Of a stretch of 64,000 nucleotides of DNA, positions 1-11,328 are shown in pieces. The stretch's first letter is position 1. Each line of letters opens with the position of its first letter. Made by a program: the position numbers and the translations under genes. Under the pieces are notes generated by a model, which made no database searches, had not been told where the DNA came from, and was given only the letters and a program-made list of their open reading frames with translations. Source of the stretch: Flectonema sp. DT1601 (Eukaryota); assembly GCA_964019425.1 (NCBI GenBank), contig OZ025796.1:1364001-1428000 (forward strand), written 5' to 3'.

Positions 1-1119
1 ACTTCCCAATACCGATCCTCCGCAATAGAGATTAGCCGCAAGGATGCTTTTTATTCTTCTTCTTTTTTTCCCCTTTCTTTGATTAACAACTACAAATATT
101 TTTTCAGTCAAGTACTTGATATTAATTTTGTTTTTTAATATCCTAAAGTTCGATCTATTCCGTTGGTTGGAGAGACCGATTACCCTTTTTTTTTGTTGTT
201 GTTCGCAACAAAAAAAAAAGGGGGAGGGGAGATCCCAAATCTGATATTAGTGTTACAGGCGTGGTGAATGTTGTTATGTTGAGTGATAAAATATATATAG
301 GGGGGTGGGTATTGGATTCCCTGACTTCGATAACTACTTCTATACTGATGATGAGTGAACTGAGCTGAGTTGTCGGAATAGTTCTTTTTCTAGTTTTCTT
401 TTTACCTTTAAAAGAAAAGAAAGAAAAGAAATGAAATCCGTCAAAATGACGACATCTCTTTACAGTTTGTCGCTTATGCCGCAACAGCGTTTCTTTTTTT
501 TTTTTTTTTTTTTTTTTTCAATCGAACTAATCTTGTTGTTGTCATCCCCCTGCGGGAATGATGACAGTTGACACAAAGAAAACCGAAAATGAGTTTTTTG
601 TCTGGTTGTTGTGGAACTTTATGTTTTACTACTTTTCCTTTTTTTCTTTTCTTTTGTTCTCCCCCCCCTACTAAGTTTTATTTCGAATACTCCTTCCCGC
701 ACAAAATTACATAACCTGCTGTGATTGTTGTGCGCACTCACCTTACGGTGGTTTCGTTCTTTAATTGTCGGTGTTCGTTTTCTACGTCCCGAATATTTCC
801 CTTTTTTTTTAGTACAATACTTTTAGCAGCTCTTATGTGTGGTGATTGAAGAATCATAAATTATTAAGTCTCTTTTTTTTTTTTTTACAATTGCAAAAAG
901 AAAATTGCCACACACGAATGGGAATGTTAATAAACAGGTGAGTGAGATGTTGATGTTTGTTTTATTTAGCTTACCTTCCTTTCACAGGTAGTGGTCTTCT
1001 ATCACATGGATGGAGTACGAGTGACCACTTTTAACAATCCATCTGTTTGGAAAGCAATGGTTGTTGTTGTTTAATCTAAAATACTTTACTACTTCTGTTT
1101 CAAATGAGTTTTTTTTTAA

Positions 1120-1700
1120 ACTAGATTTTCAACTTGTCTTTAAATCCGTTGATTCTTACCAAGTGAATGTGATTCTCTTGTTTTAGTTGACTTTATTGGT
1201 CTTTTTCGTAACGTCGAATGTGTTGGAAATAATCTTCTTATTTAAGAACTGAATACTATTTCTTGTAGGGAACTGTATTTGAGTTCCTTTGTTAGCATTA
1301 AAGGAATCGATAACCATATTCTACATCAGTAGCTGTATTGGAATTATCAGCTTTTAGTAACTTCACAGGTGGTGTTGTCAGTCGTTCGATTCTATCTTTT
1401 GGATGTTTGTTTTTGGGAATTTTAAATCTGTTGGTTGTTGTTTTCTGTGTGATTGTTCACTTCTTACATCACTGGACTTGTCTCCGTTGACGATATTAAC
1501 CATGCGATGTGATGGATTTCGTTCTTCTCTTATTGAGTTGAATTTATCGGACTTGAACTTTTGTTACATCGGAGATTGCAGCTTTTTTTGAAAGGATGTT
1601 CATCCCTCACAACATTAGACCTTTCAGGTCTGAGTAGCTTAATATCTGTTGGAAATGGTTTCCTTCTCTCTGTTGTAAATCACTCACAGATGTTGACTCT
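1120..1700 (+). pseudogene. Degenerate BspA-like leucine-rich-repeat gene with frameshifts and stops
   Basis: Fragments in different frames read VGCCFLCDCSLLTSLDLSPLT, LIELNLSDLN, FLKGCSSLTTLDLSGLSSLISVGNGFL and CDSLVLVDFIGLFRNVECVGNN. These fit the LRR consensus FLxGCxSLTxLDLSxLxxxxSIG. Boundaries are approximate. Confidence 0.6.
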
Positions 1701-1811
1701 GAGAATTGTGAATTACTTTTTTTTTTTTTGAATTAGTTCCAAACTTTTTGTTTCTTATTTCTTTCTATTTTTCACTTCCCCAAAACAAGAATGGACTAAT
1801 AAATAAAAAAA

Positions 1812-3086
1812 ATGCTGAGCAAGCGACGTGCTCACAAAGACTCCAAACCAGATGACGTCAGCATCCAAATAACAGCTCACGAGAAGAAATTAAAAAAGAG
1901 TAAACGATGGAGGTACGGATTATACGCGGCACTAATTATGATAATTTTAATATTCGCTGAAGACGCGAGACAGTTATTTATTAGAGTTCAGAGAATAGCT
2001 GGTCAGTCGACGGTCCTCAGAGACCTCAGAGTAGTTGTTTCAAACGATCAGCAAAAGAAAGCAGAAAACTACTTTAATCAGCTCTACCCTCAGATTCTTG
2101 AATCAGCGAAGAGGTTTCCGCTTCATTGGTACTTCAGACATACGGAACGACCAGAACACAATGAAACTCTAACGTGGTATGAGATTATTGGACTGCGAAC
2201 AGTCGCAATGTCAAAACTACTAAAGAAATACGGACGAGACGATTTTAGAGTTGAAAAAGATCGTTGTGAAATGTATCGTTTCTTCAAAAGAAATAACATA
2301 CCACACGCTGATGTGCTTGCCTACTGGTCACCTAAAGAGGATATTACTGTTCAGTTGTCAAGTGGAATTCTCAACACGATAACAAGATGGCCAGCATTCG
2401 TAAAGGCTTGTCATCTAACACAAGGATCAATGAAGGCAACAATTGCTTTAGAAAGTGAGGACTGGGTGACTAACAATATAGTTCACGTTAAATCATGGAC
2501 GGCATCAAAACTAAATCGTTTTGCGGATGACTGGGAACGTCCATGGAGAGCTGAAGGAAATAGTTTAACAGATACTCTAAAGCCAGGACTCATGTTGCAG
2601 AATGGATGGCATAAAACTTTCAATCCATACAAACAAAAAGAAATGGCAATCGAGGTAAAAGTTGAAGTTCTTTGGGGAGTTGCTTATCTCGGAGTTAGTA
2701 GTGATCTTCACGCCAGTACTATTTATTTAAAAGATGGAACTGTTGAATTATACCCAACCTTATGGTCACAAGTAATGCTACAACCACATCCAGAACAAAA
2801 GATGACTTGGATGCAGTCTCACCTTCCTTGTGTTTGGAAGCTTGCTGAAAGGGTAGCTCACATAATTCGCTGTGAATCAGTTAGGATCGATATCTTTCTT
2901 TGGAAAGATCACCCTTCCGAGTGTGTTGTTAATGAAATATCAATCTCTTCAGGAATGGGATATGCAATGCATTTCCAATACCTGACTAGAGCTTGGGCTG
3001 AACCTCTTTTCAATAAAATATATCCACCTACTAATGAAACAGAAAAGGTTCATCCGGTTTATGAAAATTTTGATCCGATGAAATAA
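1812..3086 (+). CDS. Type II membrane protein with a probable TupA-like ATP-grasp domain
   Basis: 424-aa ORF with a basic N-tail followed by one TM helix (YGLYAALIMIILIFA). Motifs FVKACH, EVKVEVLWG, VRIDIF and VVNEISISSG resemble the KxNH, DYKF, RVDLY and ELT motifs of TupA-like ATP-grasp proteins. Confidence 0.55.
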   Translation: MLSKRRAHKDSKPDDVSIQITAHEKKLKKSKRWRYGLYAALIMIILIFAEDARQLFIRVQRIAGQSTVLRDLRVVVSNDQQKKAENYFNQLYPQILESAKRFPLHWYFRHTERPEHNETLTWYEIIGLRTVAMSKLLKKYGRDDFRVEKDRCEMYRFFKRNNIPHADVLAYWSPKEDITVQLSSGILNTITRWPAFVKACHLTQGSMKATIALESEDWVTNNIVHVKSWTASKLNRFADDWERPWRAEGNSLTDTLKPGLMLQNGWHKTFNPYKQKEMAIEVKVEVLWGVAYLGVSSDLHASTIYLKDGTVELYPTLWSQVMLQPHPEQKMTWMQSHLPCVWKLAERVAHIIRCESVRIDIFLWKDHPSECVVNEISISSGMGYAMHFQYLTRAWAEPLFNKIYPPTNETEKVHPVYENFDPMK

Positions 3087-3723
3087 TCTAGCTGCTTGTG
3101 TTTAGTCTGTCCTCTTCCTAACTTTAGTTTGCTATTCATCTCATGACGGAATCGTATTTTATGAAAGCATTGACGGCATCAATCATTGTTAACCTGATTA
3201 TTGGTCTATCTATCTTTCGTGTTTTCCTTTTCGGTTTTGATTTTTTTTTTGATTTTTTTTTTTTTTTTTTTTTCTCCAAATGATTTACTTTGACAGGAAT
3301 TCGCAATCTACCACTCTAGCTGTAGCATTCTTTGAGGAAATTAATCAAAAATAATTTATCGAGTGGCTAAGAAACAAATAATTGATTAAAAAACAGAGAT
3401 AAGGGACAAGCAGGATTATGGTTTATTTGTACTGCCAAGATAACATTTTTGTGCAATCAAAAAACCTGCTGTTTTTTTTTCTTTTTTGAGCTGCCAGTCT
3501 TTTCCACTTCATCAACGTGTAAATTCTTTCTTTTATTAGAATTCCTGTCATCGTCATGACAGACTGTTACTCTGTCAAAGTATTTCTGACGGCAACCTGT
3601 AGATCACACACGAGTGAACGTTGATAGGTGTCTGTTATCTTGTTGTATTATTGTAGATTGTTTTTGTTTCACACACGTCTTCTCTTCCGTTTCAGTAATT
3701 AATTAATCTTATATAAGTAAACA

Positions 3724-4122
3724 ATGACTGAAGTTATTGATTCTACTAGAAGTTTATTGTCTCAGTCAACCAGACCTGGTGCAGTATCTGAGCACAATGA
3801 GAACTTAGCATTAGCTCAGAAGATTACCGAATCTAGATTCGCACACTTTAAAGAAAAGTCTGAGTTGTACCCAAAAGCATACCCACCACCAATGGCTGGG
3901 GACGGTTCTGACGTATTCGCTGCTGCTGATGAAGCAGGAGAGGGAACCATGACTTTTAAGGAAGTCGCTAAATTTCTTGGTAGAAACCAAAACCTTCGTC
4001 ACCGTCTTCAAGAAGGATGGGTGTCTTTCAACTCAAAATTTGACACCGAAAACCTCCAAGACCTCACCAAGGAGGGTTTCATGAAGATTTGGCAAGAAGC
4101 TGCCTCCCTCCGCTCTCAGTAG
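3724..4122 (+). CDS. Small EF-hand-like protein
   Basis: 132-aa ORF. VFAAADEAGEGTMTFKEVAKFL and FDTENLQDLTKEGFMKIW resemble a pair of EF-hands. Confidence 0.6.
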   Translation: MTEVIDSTRSLLSQSTRPGAVSEHNENLALAQKITESRFAHFKEKSELYPKAYPPPMAGDGSDVFAAADEAGEGTMTFKEVAKFLGRNQNLRHRLQEGWVSFNSKFDTENLQDLTKEGFMKIWQEAASLRSQ

Positions 4123-4604
4123 GTATCATCTTCTCCATCGTTTTTGAGTCAATTTTTGAACAGCGGCGACCTTCTTGCCCCGAAAATCTGACCAAAAGGT
4201 GCTTCCCTCTCATAAGTTAGGCAGCCTGCACTTGAAAACTAGTTCTCCGTAGTAATCAACATTCTGAAGAAGGAAATAACAAAAGATTCCAAAACACGAC
4301 ATTGCGGGGGAGTGAAGGAATTTTAAGAGAATGGGAAAAAAAAAAAAAAAAAAATGGAGAGAAAAGAACAAAAGAAAACAAAAAAAAATAGGAGAGAAGC
4401 ACGCACGGATCTTACCCTGGATGATGCCTGGCATCATTATTTCAAAGGTTGAAACTTTTACACGTTTTATGTCTCTAATTTCTTGCACATATTTCCTCAC
4501 ACAGTAATAAACATTCGAAGGACAAACAACGCCAGCCATCAATCCGTATAAAAGTAAATAAATAAATAAATAAATAATATTCTTAACCAGGTGATGATTT
4601 AGAC

Positions 4605-6290
4605 ATGGAAGCAAGAAGGGATCACTGGACTCGACAAGTACAAGCATCAAAATATGGACCTCTGGCATCTGGAGACTCGGTAGGTGAACGAGAGAGAGAT
4701 GCCCGTAAAAGACAAGTCGCAGTGAAACAACAGAAATTGAATTCCAATGTGCAAATGATGTTGGGAGAGACGAGACCACAGCAAAGTGGTAGGCAGGCTG
4801 TCTCATCACCTGCGAAGTTGAAACAAAAACGACAACCAGACTCTCAATCATCATCTAAACGACATCAGACTAACAATTCATACATTCCAACAGTTGAGAT
4901 CAGTCCATTGAAAGCCTCATCGAAATCTAATAGAAAGTATCAAAGACGATCATCAGAAAGTAAACCAAAGTTAGATGATATTCGAAACTGGACCTCTCCA
5001 AAACAACTTTCAAATGTTAAAAACGGACAAGTCGGTTTCCGAAACCTGGGCAACACCTGCTACATGAATTCAATACTCGCAGCACTGACTCGGTTGTCAC
5101 AATTTTCAAATGCGGTGATGTCAACCAGCATGTTATATTCTGTGAAAGAAAAACAATCCACCACCACCATTGATGATGATAACACTCCTCCTTGTACACA
5201 AAATGTATCCGAAGAAACACCTCTCGAAAAGGATAAGTTAGGTCAGTCGGATGATTTTATTTTAAAATTCCTACACAACGTTGCGAGTGGTGTTGCTAGC
5301 GGAGGTTTAGTTGGGATCAGACCTTCAGAATTAAAGAACGCGATAGCAAGCAAACGATCAACTTTTAGAGGAAACGATCAACAAGATGCACACGAGTTTT
5401 TGGTATCATTCTTAGACCTCCTCGATACAGAAATATCATCAATCGGAGGAGGTGAACATCTTTCAGTTCAGCCTTCCTATTCTAAGAGTTTGGTTAAAAG
5501 ATTACTACAGTCAAAGATAACAAAACACTTTACTTGTACAGAATGCAACAGAGGGATTGAGAAACCTGAATTGTACACTTGTTTGTCTGTTCCTTTACCA
5601 AAGAAAATAACAAAAAAAAGAGAAATCACAATAGAAGACAAACCGTCAGTAGTGAGCATACGAAGTGATGACAGCTCTCTGACTGCATCAGATGAAGAGA
5701 ATGATTTATTCAGAAGTGATGATGAGGTTCTGAATACTACTCCTCCTCCAGTTAATAAGTTGTCAGGTCTGTTGTCGGCATCTCTGGAAGGCGAGTCATC
5801 AATTTCTCGAAATTGTGAATTTTGTAATTCTAAAAACTCACGAGTCTCAACTCAGATTGCTGAACTACCTCATTATTTAGTAATTCACGTTAATCGGTTT
5901 AAGATCGTTCAAAGGGGAGGTGAGTTTACTAATTTTCAAGTAGTGAAAGATGATCAGGCGATCTCTATTTCAGAAACACTTGATTTGAAACCTTTTACGT
6001 CATCAACTGACTTGAGTTACCCTCCAGATCTGAATTTCTCTTTTTCAGATTCTGGTGAAGTCATCTCACATCCGAGAGAAGTGCAGTCATTGAAATTAAC
6101 GTATTCACTTCGTAGTGTTGTTCATCACTTTGGAGTTAGTACAAACTCAGGTCATTATGTGACTGACTACTTGGGTGATGATTTAGTTTGGTACAACGCA
6201 AACGATTCGGTTATTTCACCGACAACTTCTCCAGCTCGTGAAGATTCAAAAACATGTTATTTACTATTTTATGAGAGGGATAAAGAATAG
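4605..6290 (+). CDS. Ubiquitin-specific protease (peptidase C19)
   Basis: Cys box GFRNLGNTCYMNS, QQDAHEF, zinc CxxC pairs, His box HHFGVSTNSGHY...ND and C-terminal YLLFY. Confidence 0.95.
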   Translation: MEARRDHWTRQVQASKYGPLASGDSVGERERDARKRQVAVKQQKLNSNVQMMLGETRPQQSGRQAVSSPAKLKQKRQPDSQSSSKRHQTNNSYIPTVEISPLKASSKSNRKYQRRSSESKPKLDDIRNWTSPKQLSNVKNGQVGFRNLGNTCYMNSILAALTRLSQFSNAVMSTSMLYSVKEKQSTTTIDDDNTPPCTQNVSEETPLEKDKLGQSDDFILKFLHNVASGVASGGLVGIRPSELKNAIASKRSTFRGNDQQDAHEFLVSFLDLLDTEISSIGGGEHLSVQPSYSKSLVKRLLQSKITKHFTCTECNRGIEKPELYTCLSVPLPKKITKKREITIEDKPSVVSIRSDDSSLTASDEENDLFRSDDEVLNTTPPPVNKLSGLLSASLEGESSISRNCEFCNSKNSRVSTQIAELPHYLVIHVNRFKIVQRGGEFTNFQVVKDDQAISISETLDLKPFTSSTDLSYPPDLNFSFSDSGEVISHPREVQSLKLTYSLRSVVHHFGVSTNSGHYVTDYLGDDLVWYNANDSVISPTTSPAREDSKTCYLLFYERDKE

Positions 6291-6768
6291 TAGTCAATCG
6301 CCTGCTACGATCTGATCGCTGTTATCATTTTTATCTGTTTTTATGTTAAGTGTTTTTGGTTTTGTTTTATATAATATATTTAATACTCAACGACTCTTAC
6401 AGTATGTGTTAGTGTCAACACAATTTAGGGTTTCGAGTCTCGTTGTGTGTTTTTGTTAACAAAAATAACAGATTTTTGTCTCGTTTTTTTTTTTTTTTTG
6501 TTTTTCCCATTTATTTTCATCATCTGTTTTTTATTTTTTTTGTTAACAAGACAGTACCAACGAGGAATATTTTTTTTTTTTTTTTTTTAAGAAGCTGTTG
6601 GAGGCATTACTAAATGTCCTACTCCTGGCAATACCGTGTTGTGTTTTTATTGATGAAAATACGGTACGGAGATTCCCTTACTCTGGTGTTGTGTTTAGTT
6701 GTTTTGAATATTTTTATCTAATTTAATCAAATCAGGTTTAATGATGTGATTGTACTGAACGAGTTCTG

Positions 6769-7563
6769 ATGTCATCTGTTCCGGATGACGCGTTTCCTTT
6801 CACTCAAAGTACGTCTTGTTTCTTACGAAGGCATTTAACTTTCTTTGATTTCGATGTGGGTGACTTTGAAGAAGGTGCTCCAGAAGATAAGACTGCGAAG
6901 GAAATTTGGTACGAACGAGGACGACTGTACTGGCAAACAATACCTACAACAGTTGAGGGGATGGTTTTAGGTCCGGGAGCCTCAGCTGTAGAAACTCGCA
7001 CCATAGAGAGAGAGCTAGAAGACACCATCTCTCTGTTAAAGGAAAATGATTGTGAGGGTGACTGTGCCCTCGACTGCGGTGCAGGTATCGGTCGAGTATC
7101 ACAGGCTCTTGGATCACTTTATAGTTCAGTAGATATGTTAGAGCCTTGTAGTCATCTTCTAGACTTTGTTAAAAAGAAAGGTGGAGCTCCAGGAAATGGT
7201 CGACTACTTCCGTATCCTATTCAGGGTTATAATCCAACAAATAGTCCAACAGGACCTTATGATTTAATTTCTATTAATTGGTGTGCGTCTTTCGTAACTG
7301 ACGATGATTTGATATTATTTTTAAATAATTGTCGACCAGCTCTAACTAATTCAGGTAAGATATTTATAAAAGAAAACATCACAGAAACTCATTTTCGAGC
7401 TCGTCGTGGCAGCGCCTCAGTTGCTCGAACTGATAGTCATTATTTAGATATTTTTAAAGCCGGGAATCTTTCTGTTATTGCAGAGAAGCTGCAAGAAGGA
7501 CTTCCTGATGGGTGGTTACCAGTAAAGATGTATCTCCTAGTTCCGTTGGATAGATCAAAGTAA
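6769..7563 (+). CDS. NTMT1: Alpha-N-terminal protein methyltransferase (NTMT1/Tae1 family)
   Basis: YW...TVEGMVLG, ALDCGAGIGRVS, INWC and IKEN motifs of the family. Confidence 0.85.
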   Translation: MSSVPDDAFPFTQSTSCFLRRHLTFFDFDVGDFEEGAPEDKTAKEIWYERGRLYWQTIPTTVEGMVLGPGASAVETRTIERELEDTISLLKENDCEGDCALDCGAGIGRVSQALGSLYSSVDMLEPCSHLLDFVKKKGGAPGNGRLLPYPIQGYNPTNSPTGPYDLISINWCASFVTDDDLILFLNNCRPALTNSGKIFIKENITETHFRARRGSASVARTDSHYLDIFKAGNLSVIAEKLQEGLPDGWLPVKMYLLVPLDRSK

Positions 7564-7664
7564 TCGAATAACGAAATCTTATTTACATAAGATTAGGTCA
7601 CAATTCGTTTTTTTTTATGTTTTCTTTTTCTAATCTAGTCCCTCATTCTGACAGCGTATTAAAT

Positions 7665-8666
7665 ATGTCTCCGACACCAGTCTGGTTGGACTGTGATCCC
7701 GGACATGATGACGCAATGGCGATTATTCTTTCAATGCACTCTCCGGATCTAAAGCTGTTGGGAGTTAGCACTGTTTCAGGAAACCAGTCGATAGAAAAAG
7801 TAACGAAAAACGCGGCTAAAATGGTAACGCTGTGCTCGGGGGAATCGAAACCTCCATCGGTAGTTAGAGGGGCGGAGAGACCATTATTGAGAACAATAAA
7901 ACATGATCCAGGCATTCATGGTGAGTCAGGACTTGAGGGTTCTGTTGATTTGGATGATTTTAGGGAGAATCAATCAGTCGTCCTCGCAGACACTGCCATC
8001 ACATTTATGGCGCAATCGATATTAAAGTCACCTGATAAGGTTAGCCTCATCGCTACTGGTGCTCTTACGAATGTAGCTCTGTTGTGCAGAGTCCATCCTG
8101 AAGTGTTGAAGAACATAAACCAAATCGTATTAATGGGAGGTGCGATTGGTGTCGGCAATCGTCACCCAGTTGCAGAATTCAACATCGAATGTGATCCTGA
8201 AGCTGCTCATATTGTTTTTAACCTTCCAGTAAAAGTAGTTATGGTACCACTAGAAGTTACTCACACTGCTTTATGCACTCCAACTGTGATAAATGAAATC
8301 TCAAGAAGATTAAATCACACAGTCTTCAGTAGAATTGTTGTATCATTAATGCTTTACTTCGCGAAGACTTATAAAGATGTGTTTGGATTTCATGATGGTC
8401 CTCCAGTACACGATCCTTGTGCTGTGGCTTATGTTATAAATCCAAACCTATTTGAGACACGTCTTCTCAGAGTTGATGTTGTAACTGGAAATCACATCAC
8501 TGCAGGGCAGACTGTTTGTGATATTTGGGGAAGTCAGCCGGGTAAAAAAAATGTTATCGTTGCTGAAAAGATGAACGTCAACGGGTTTTGGGAACTAATA
8601 ATAAAAGCATGCGAGGCTGCTAATGTTGTCAGCGTACTTGGGTTGAGTAGTAAAGCAAGGCTTTGA
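7665..8666 (+). CDS. Inosine/uridine-preferring nucleoside hydrolase
   Basis: LDCDPGHDDA, SGNQ, HGESGL, GALTN, AEFNIECDPEAA and VHDPCAV motifs. The likely start is ATG 7665, just after an acag acceptor, rather than 7617. Confidence 0.92.
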   Translation: MSPTPVWLDCDPGHDDAMAIILSMHSPDLKLLGVSTVSGNQSIEKVTKNAAKMVTLCSGESKPPSVVRGAERPLLRTIKHDPGIHGESGLEGSVDLDDFRENQSVVLADTAITFMAQSILKSPDKVSLIATGALTNVALLCRVHPEVLKNINQIVLMGGAIGVGNRHPVAEFNIECDPEAAHIVFNLPVKVVMVPLEVTHTALCTPTVINEISRRLNHTVFSRIVVSLMLYFAKTYKDVFGFHDGPPVHDPCAVAYVINPNLFETRLLRVDVVTGNHITAGQTVCDIWGSQPGKKNVIVAEKMNVNGFWELIIKACEAANVVSVLGLSSKARL

Positions 8667-8899
8667 TACTTTCTATCTTTTCTATCCTTTTTTATCGATC
8701 GTGGTCACTACTCTTAACACACTACCTGACTCAATTGGGATTGGGAAGGGGTTAGTTAATAATAATATGTTGCTTACTAAAGTTTGTTATAGTTTTTCTT
8801 TAACGATTTTCTTACTTTGTCAGTCCTCACAGTATGCGACCCTCACGTAGGAGGACATCTCAATAGGGAACAGAGCACCTGCTCTTGTGGGGGACGTAA

Positions 8900-11328
8900 A
8901 TGCCACAGCCGGTCCCACCTCCGAACTGCAAGCGGATCCGACCGAAATGCACTCGAGACTTGAAAAGTTCTCGTGGAAAGGTTGACGGCGACGGTTTAGT
9001 TTCTGAAGTTTACAATCTAGTGTGGTTAAAGAGTATGCACAATGAAGGGATTACAATACCCGAGACAGTCATTATTGAACAAGGATTCCCAAAGGTTTGT
9101 CATCTTCTTTAGTATTCGTCTTTAAATAAAAATAATCCCCATGAGACACACAAAACAGGTTTGGTTCAGCTGGTCAGCAGACGTCTGTGAAATGGAGAAG
9201 AAATTAGGAAAAGAAATAGTCCTCTCAAAACTATACAATCAGTGGGTTGCTAACGTGAAGTCTCCTCAAACAGTTGTAGCGGAGTACAGTTTTCAACGAA
9301 CAGATGTCGAAACTGGGGAATCGATTCTAACATTTGAGTACTTCGATAGTAACGAACTTCTTCGATTCCTCCAAACGAGAGCTCACGGAGCTTCTGGTTT
9401 ACTACAAAAATTCACAGTACCAAAACCTGCTTACAATATTGTTCTGCAAGCAACATGGTCACCTCATGCAATGTTATGTACGGGTAGGAGAAGTACTCAT
9501 CTTTTATCTCATGTTTGGGTTTCTGCTGCTGATCGCTGCTGCACTTTCGATGGAGCTCCGTCTTTGTCTGCAGTCACACCCGTGTCTCCTTTTGTAAAGA
9601 ATAAGGTTTGTGATATACATCTTTACTCACTTTATATAATCTACTTTACTTTATATAAACCCCATTATAAAAACAGGTTGCTAAAGAGTTGGTTGACTTC
9701 GCTCATCATGTTCAAGAACATCAAAGGGCACAAATAGCTGGTATGGTTTGCTTCTTAAAGTTTGATCAGCAGGGACAGTTGTATCTTTTAAAATGCACTT
9801 CGATAAGAACTGCTCGCGACTACGATCACAAGTCTCCAGTTCCTTTGAATTTGGGAGTCAGGTTTGATACTGTTCAGAGGCCTAAGGAAGATGATAGAAT
9901 AGTGTTTAGGTATGTTTTATTGTTTTTTTTTAAAAAAAAAGTAATTATGATTTATGCAAAAAAAAAAAATTAAATAAACAGATACGAGCGTCAAATAGGT
10001 AGTTCTTGTGAATCAACACTTCCTCACATCGATCTCACTAATTTATCGTCTGAGTCACTCGATGTGTTGGCAATTAATACCGCAGGCATGCTTTACTTCC
10101 CAAATGAGTCTGCAAAAAGTAAACTACTAATTCGAAGAAAGAATCGTCAACTCGCAATAAAAGAGTCAGGTAAACACTCAGCTGTACGCACAGAAAGAAA
10201 AGATGAAAAGCAACACGACTCTCCAAATGTTGACTACTCACCTGAAGGAGCTGTTAGAAAAGTATCCATGGGAATACCAGATATTGCTAAGGTGTATCCT
10301 GAAGAGTTCTTCTTCTTAGAGCAATTCTTTAGTGATGTTATTTATAGAGCGCATTGGCACTTTTTTGAGGAACAAGCTCATCATGCGACTTTTAACTTTA
10401 CTCAAATTCGTCATCAAGACCGACGTTCTTGTGATCCATTTCAGTTTGCTATTCCTGAGGAGGTCTTAGCGATTATTGGATACGAAGGTGTGGAGTTGTT
10501 TATGACTAAATTCTCTGCTACTGAAGTCCCGCAGATCATCCGAAACATTGACGGTGAGGTTACTCAACAAACCTGTTTGAAAATATCATCGCGTGACGCG
10601 TCCCTTCTCGAGCAAAACAGCGTTCGCTGCTTTGTCTGTGAACGGCTTGAACAAGGTATTTAATCACTTCTCTATCATTTCTATTTTAGCAATAACTCTG
10701 TTGTGAGATAATTATAGTAATAAACAAAACAGGTCTACCAAAGTACCAGGGAGGTATAGACTGGGCAAGAGTTCGTGAGAAAAAGGGTCCGAGAAGATCA
10801 ACAAAGTGGATGAGATTAATTGGTGCTACTGACACAGCATTACGAAATAGAGAAGACATGAAGAAAAGGATTGGATTAAAGACAGTCGCTGAACTACTAA
10901 TGCTTCATCCTGGTCCTCTTTTACAAAAGGACAGGAAAGGTGAGGACAGAACTGAGAGTGCGAAGCCTTCGGGAGATACAAATTCTCAAAATTTTAAAGA
11001 AACTGAACAAAGATTTCTATCTGAAAGGAAGGCGAGTTCTATTTCAGTTGACTGCGGGTCAGACGGTGGTGATAAAGGAAGTCAAAGCGGACATCTACTT
11101 CCACAACCTCCGAAAGCAACGTTCACAAGTTATCTCAGAAAGGGAATCCACTCACCCAGACGCAGAGAGTGGAAGATAGGAAGCTGGAAGATGGTAAATT
11201 CATTTCCCGATCCCCCACCAGTTCGGTTACGACGTCCGAAAACATCAAAACCGGAAACTGTGGGACTTCGAAGGAAGACTTCCGCCCATCGAAGTAAACA
11301 AGACCAGCTCGACTTCTGGTGTCAATAG
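8900..11328 (+). CDS. Five-exon hypothetical protein, ~714 aa
   Basis: Exons 8900-9094, 9159-9605, 9677-9909, 9982-10655 and 10733-11328. All four short introns are GT-AG, and their phases (0,0,2,1) join the five ORF-track fragments in frame. Confidence 0.8.
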
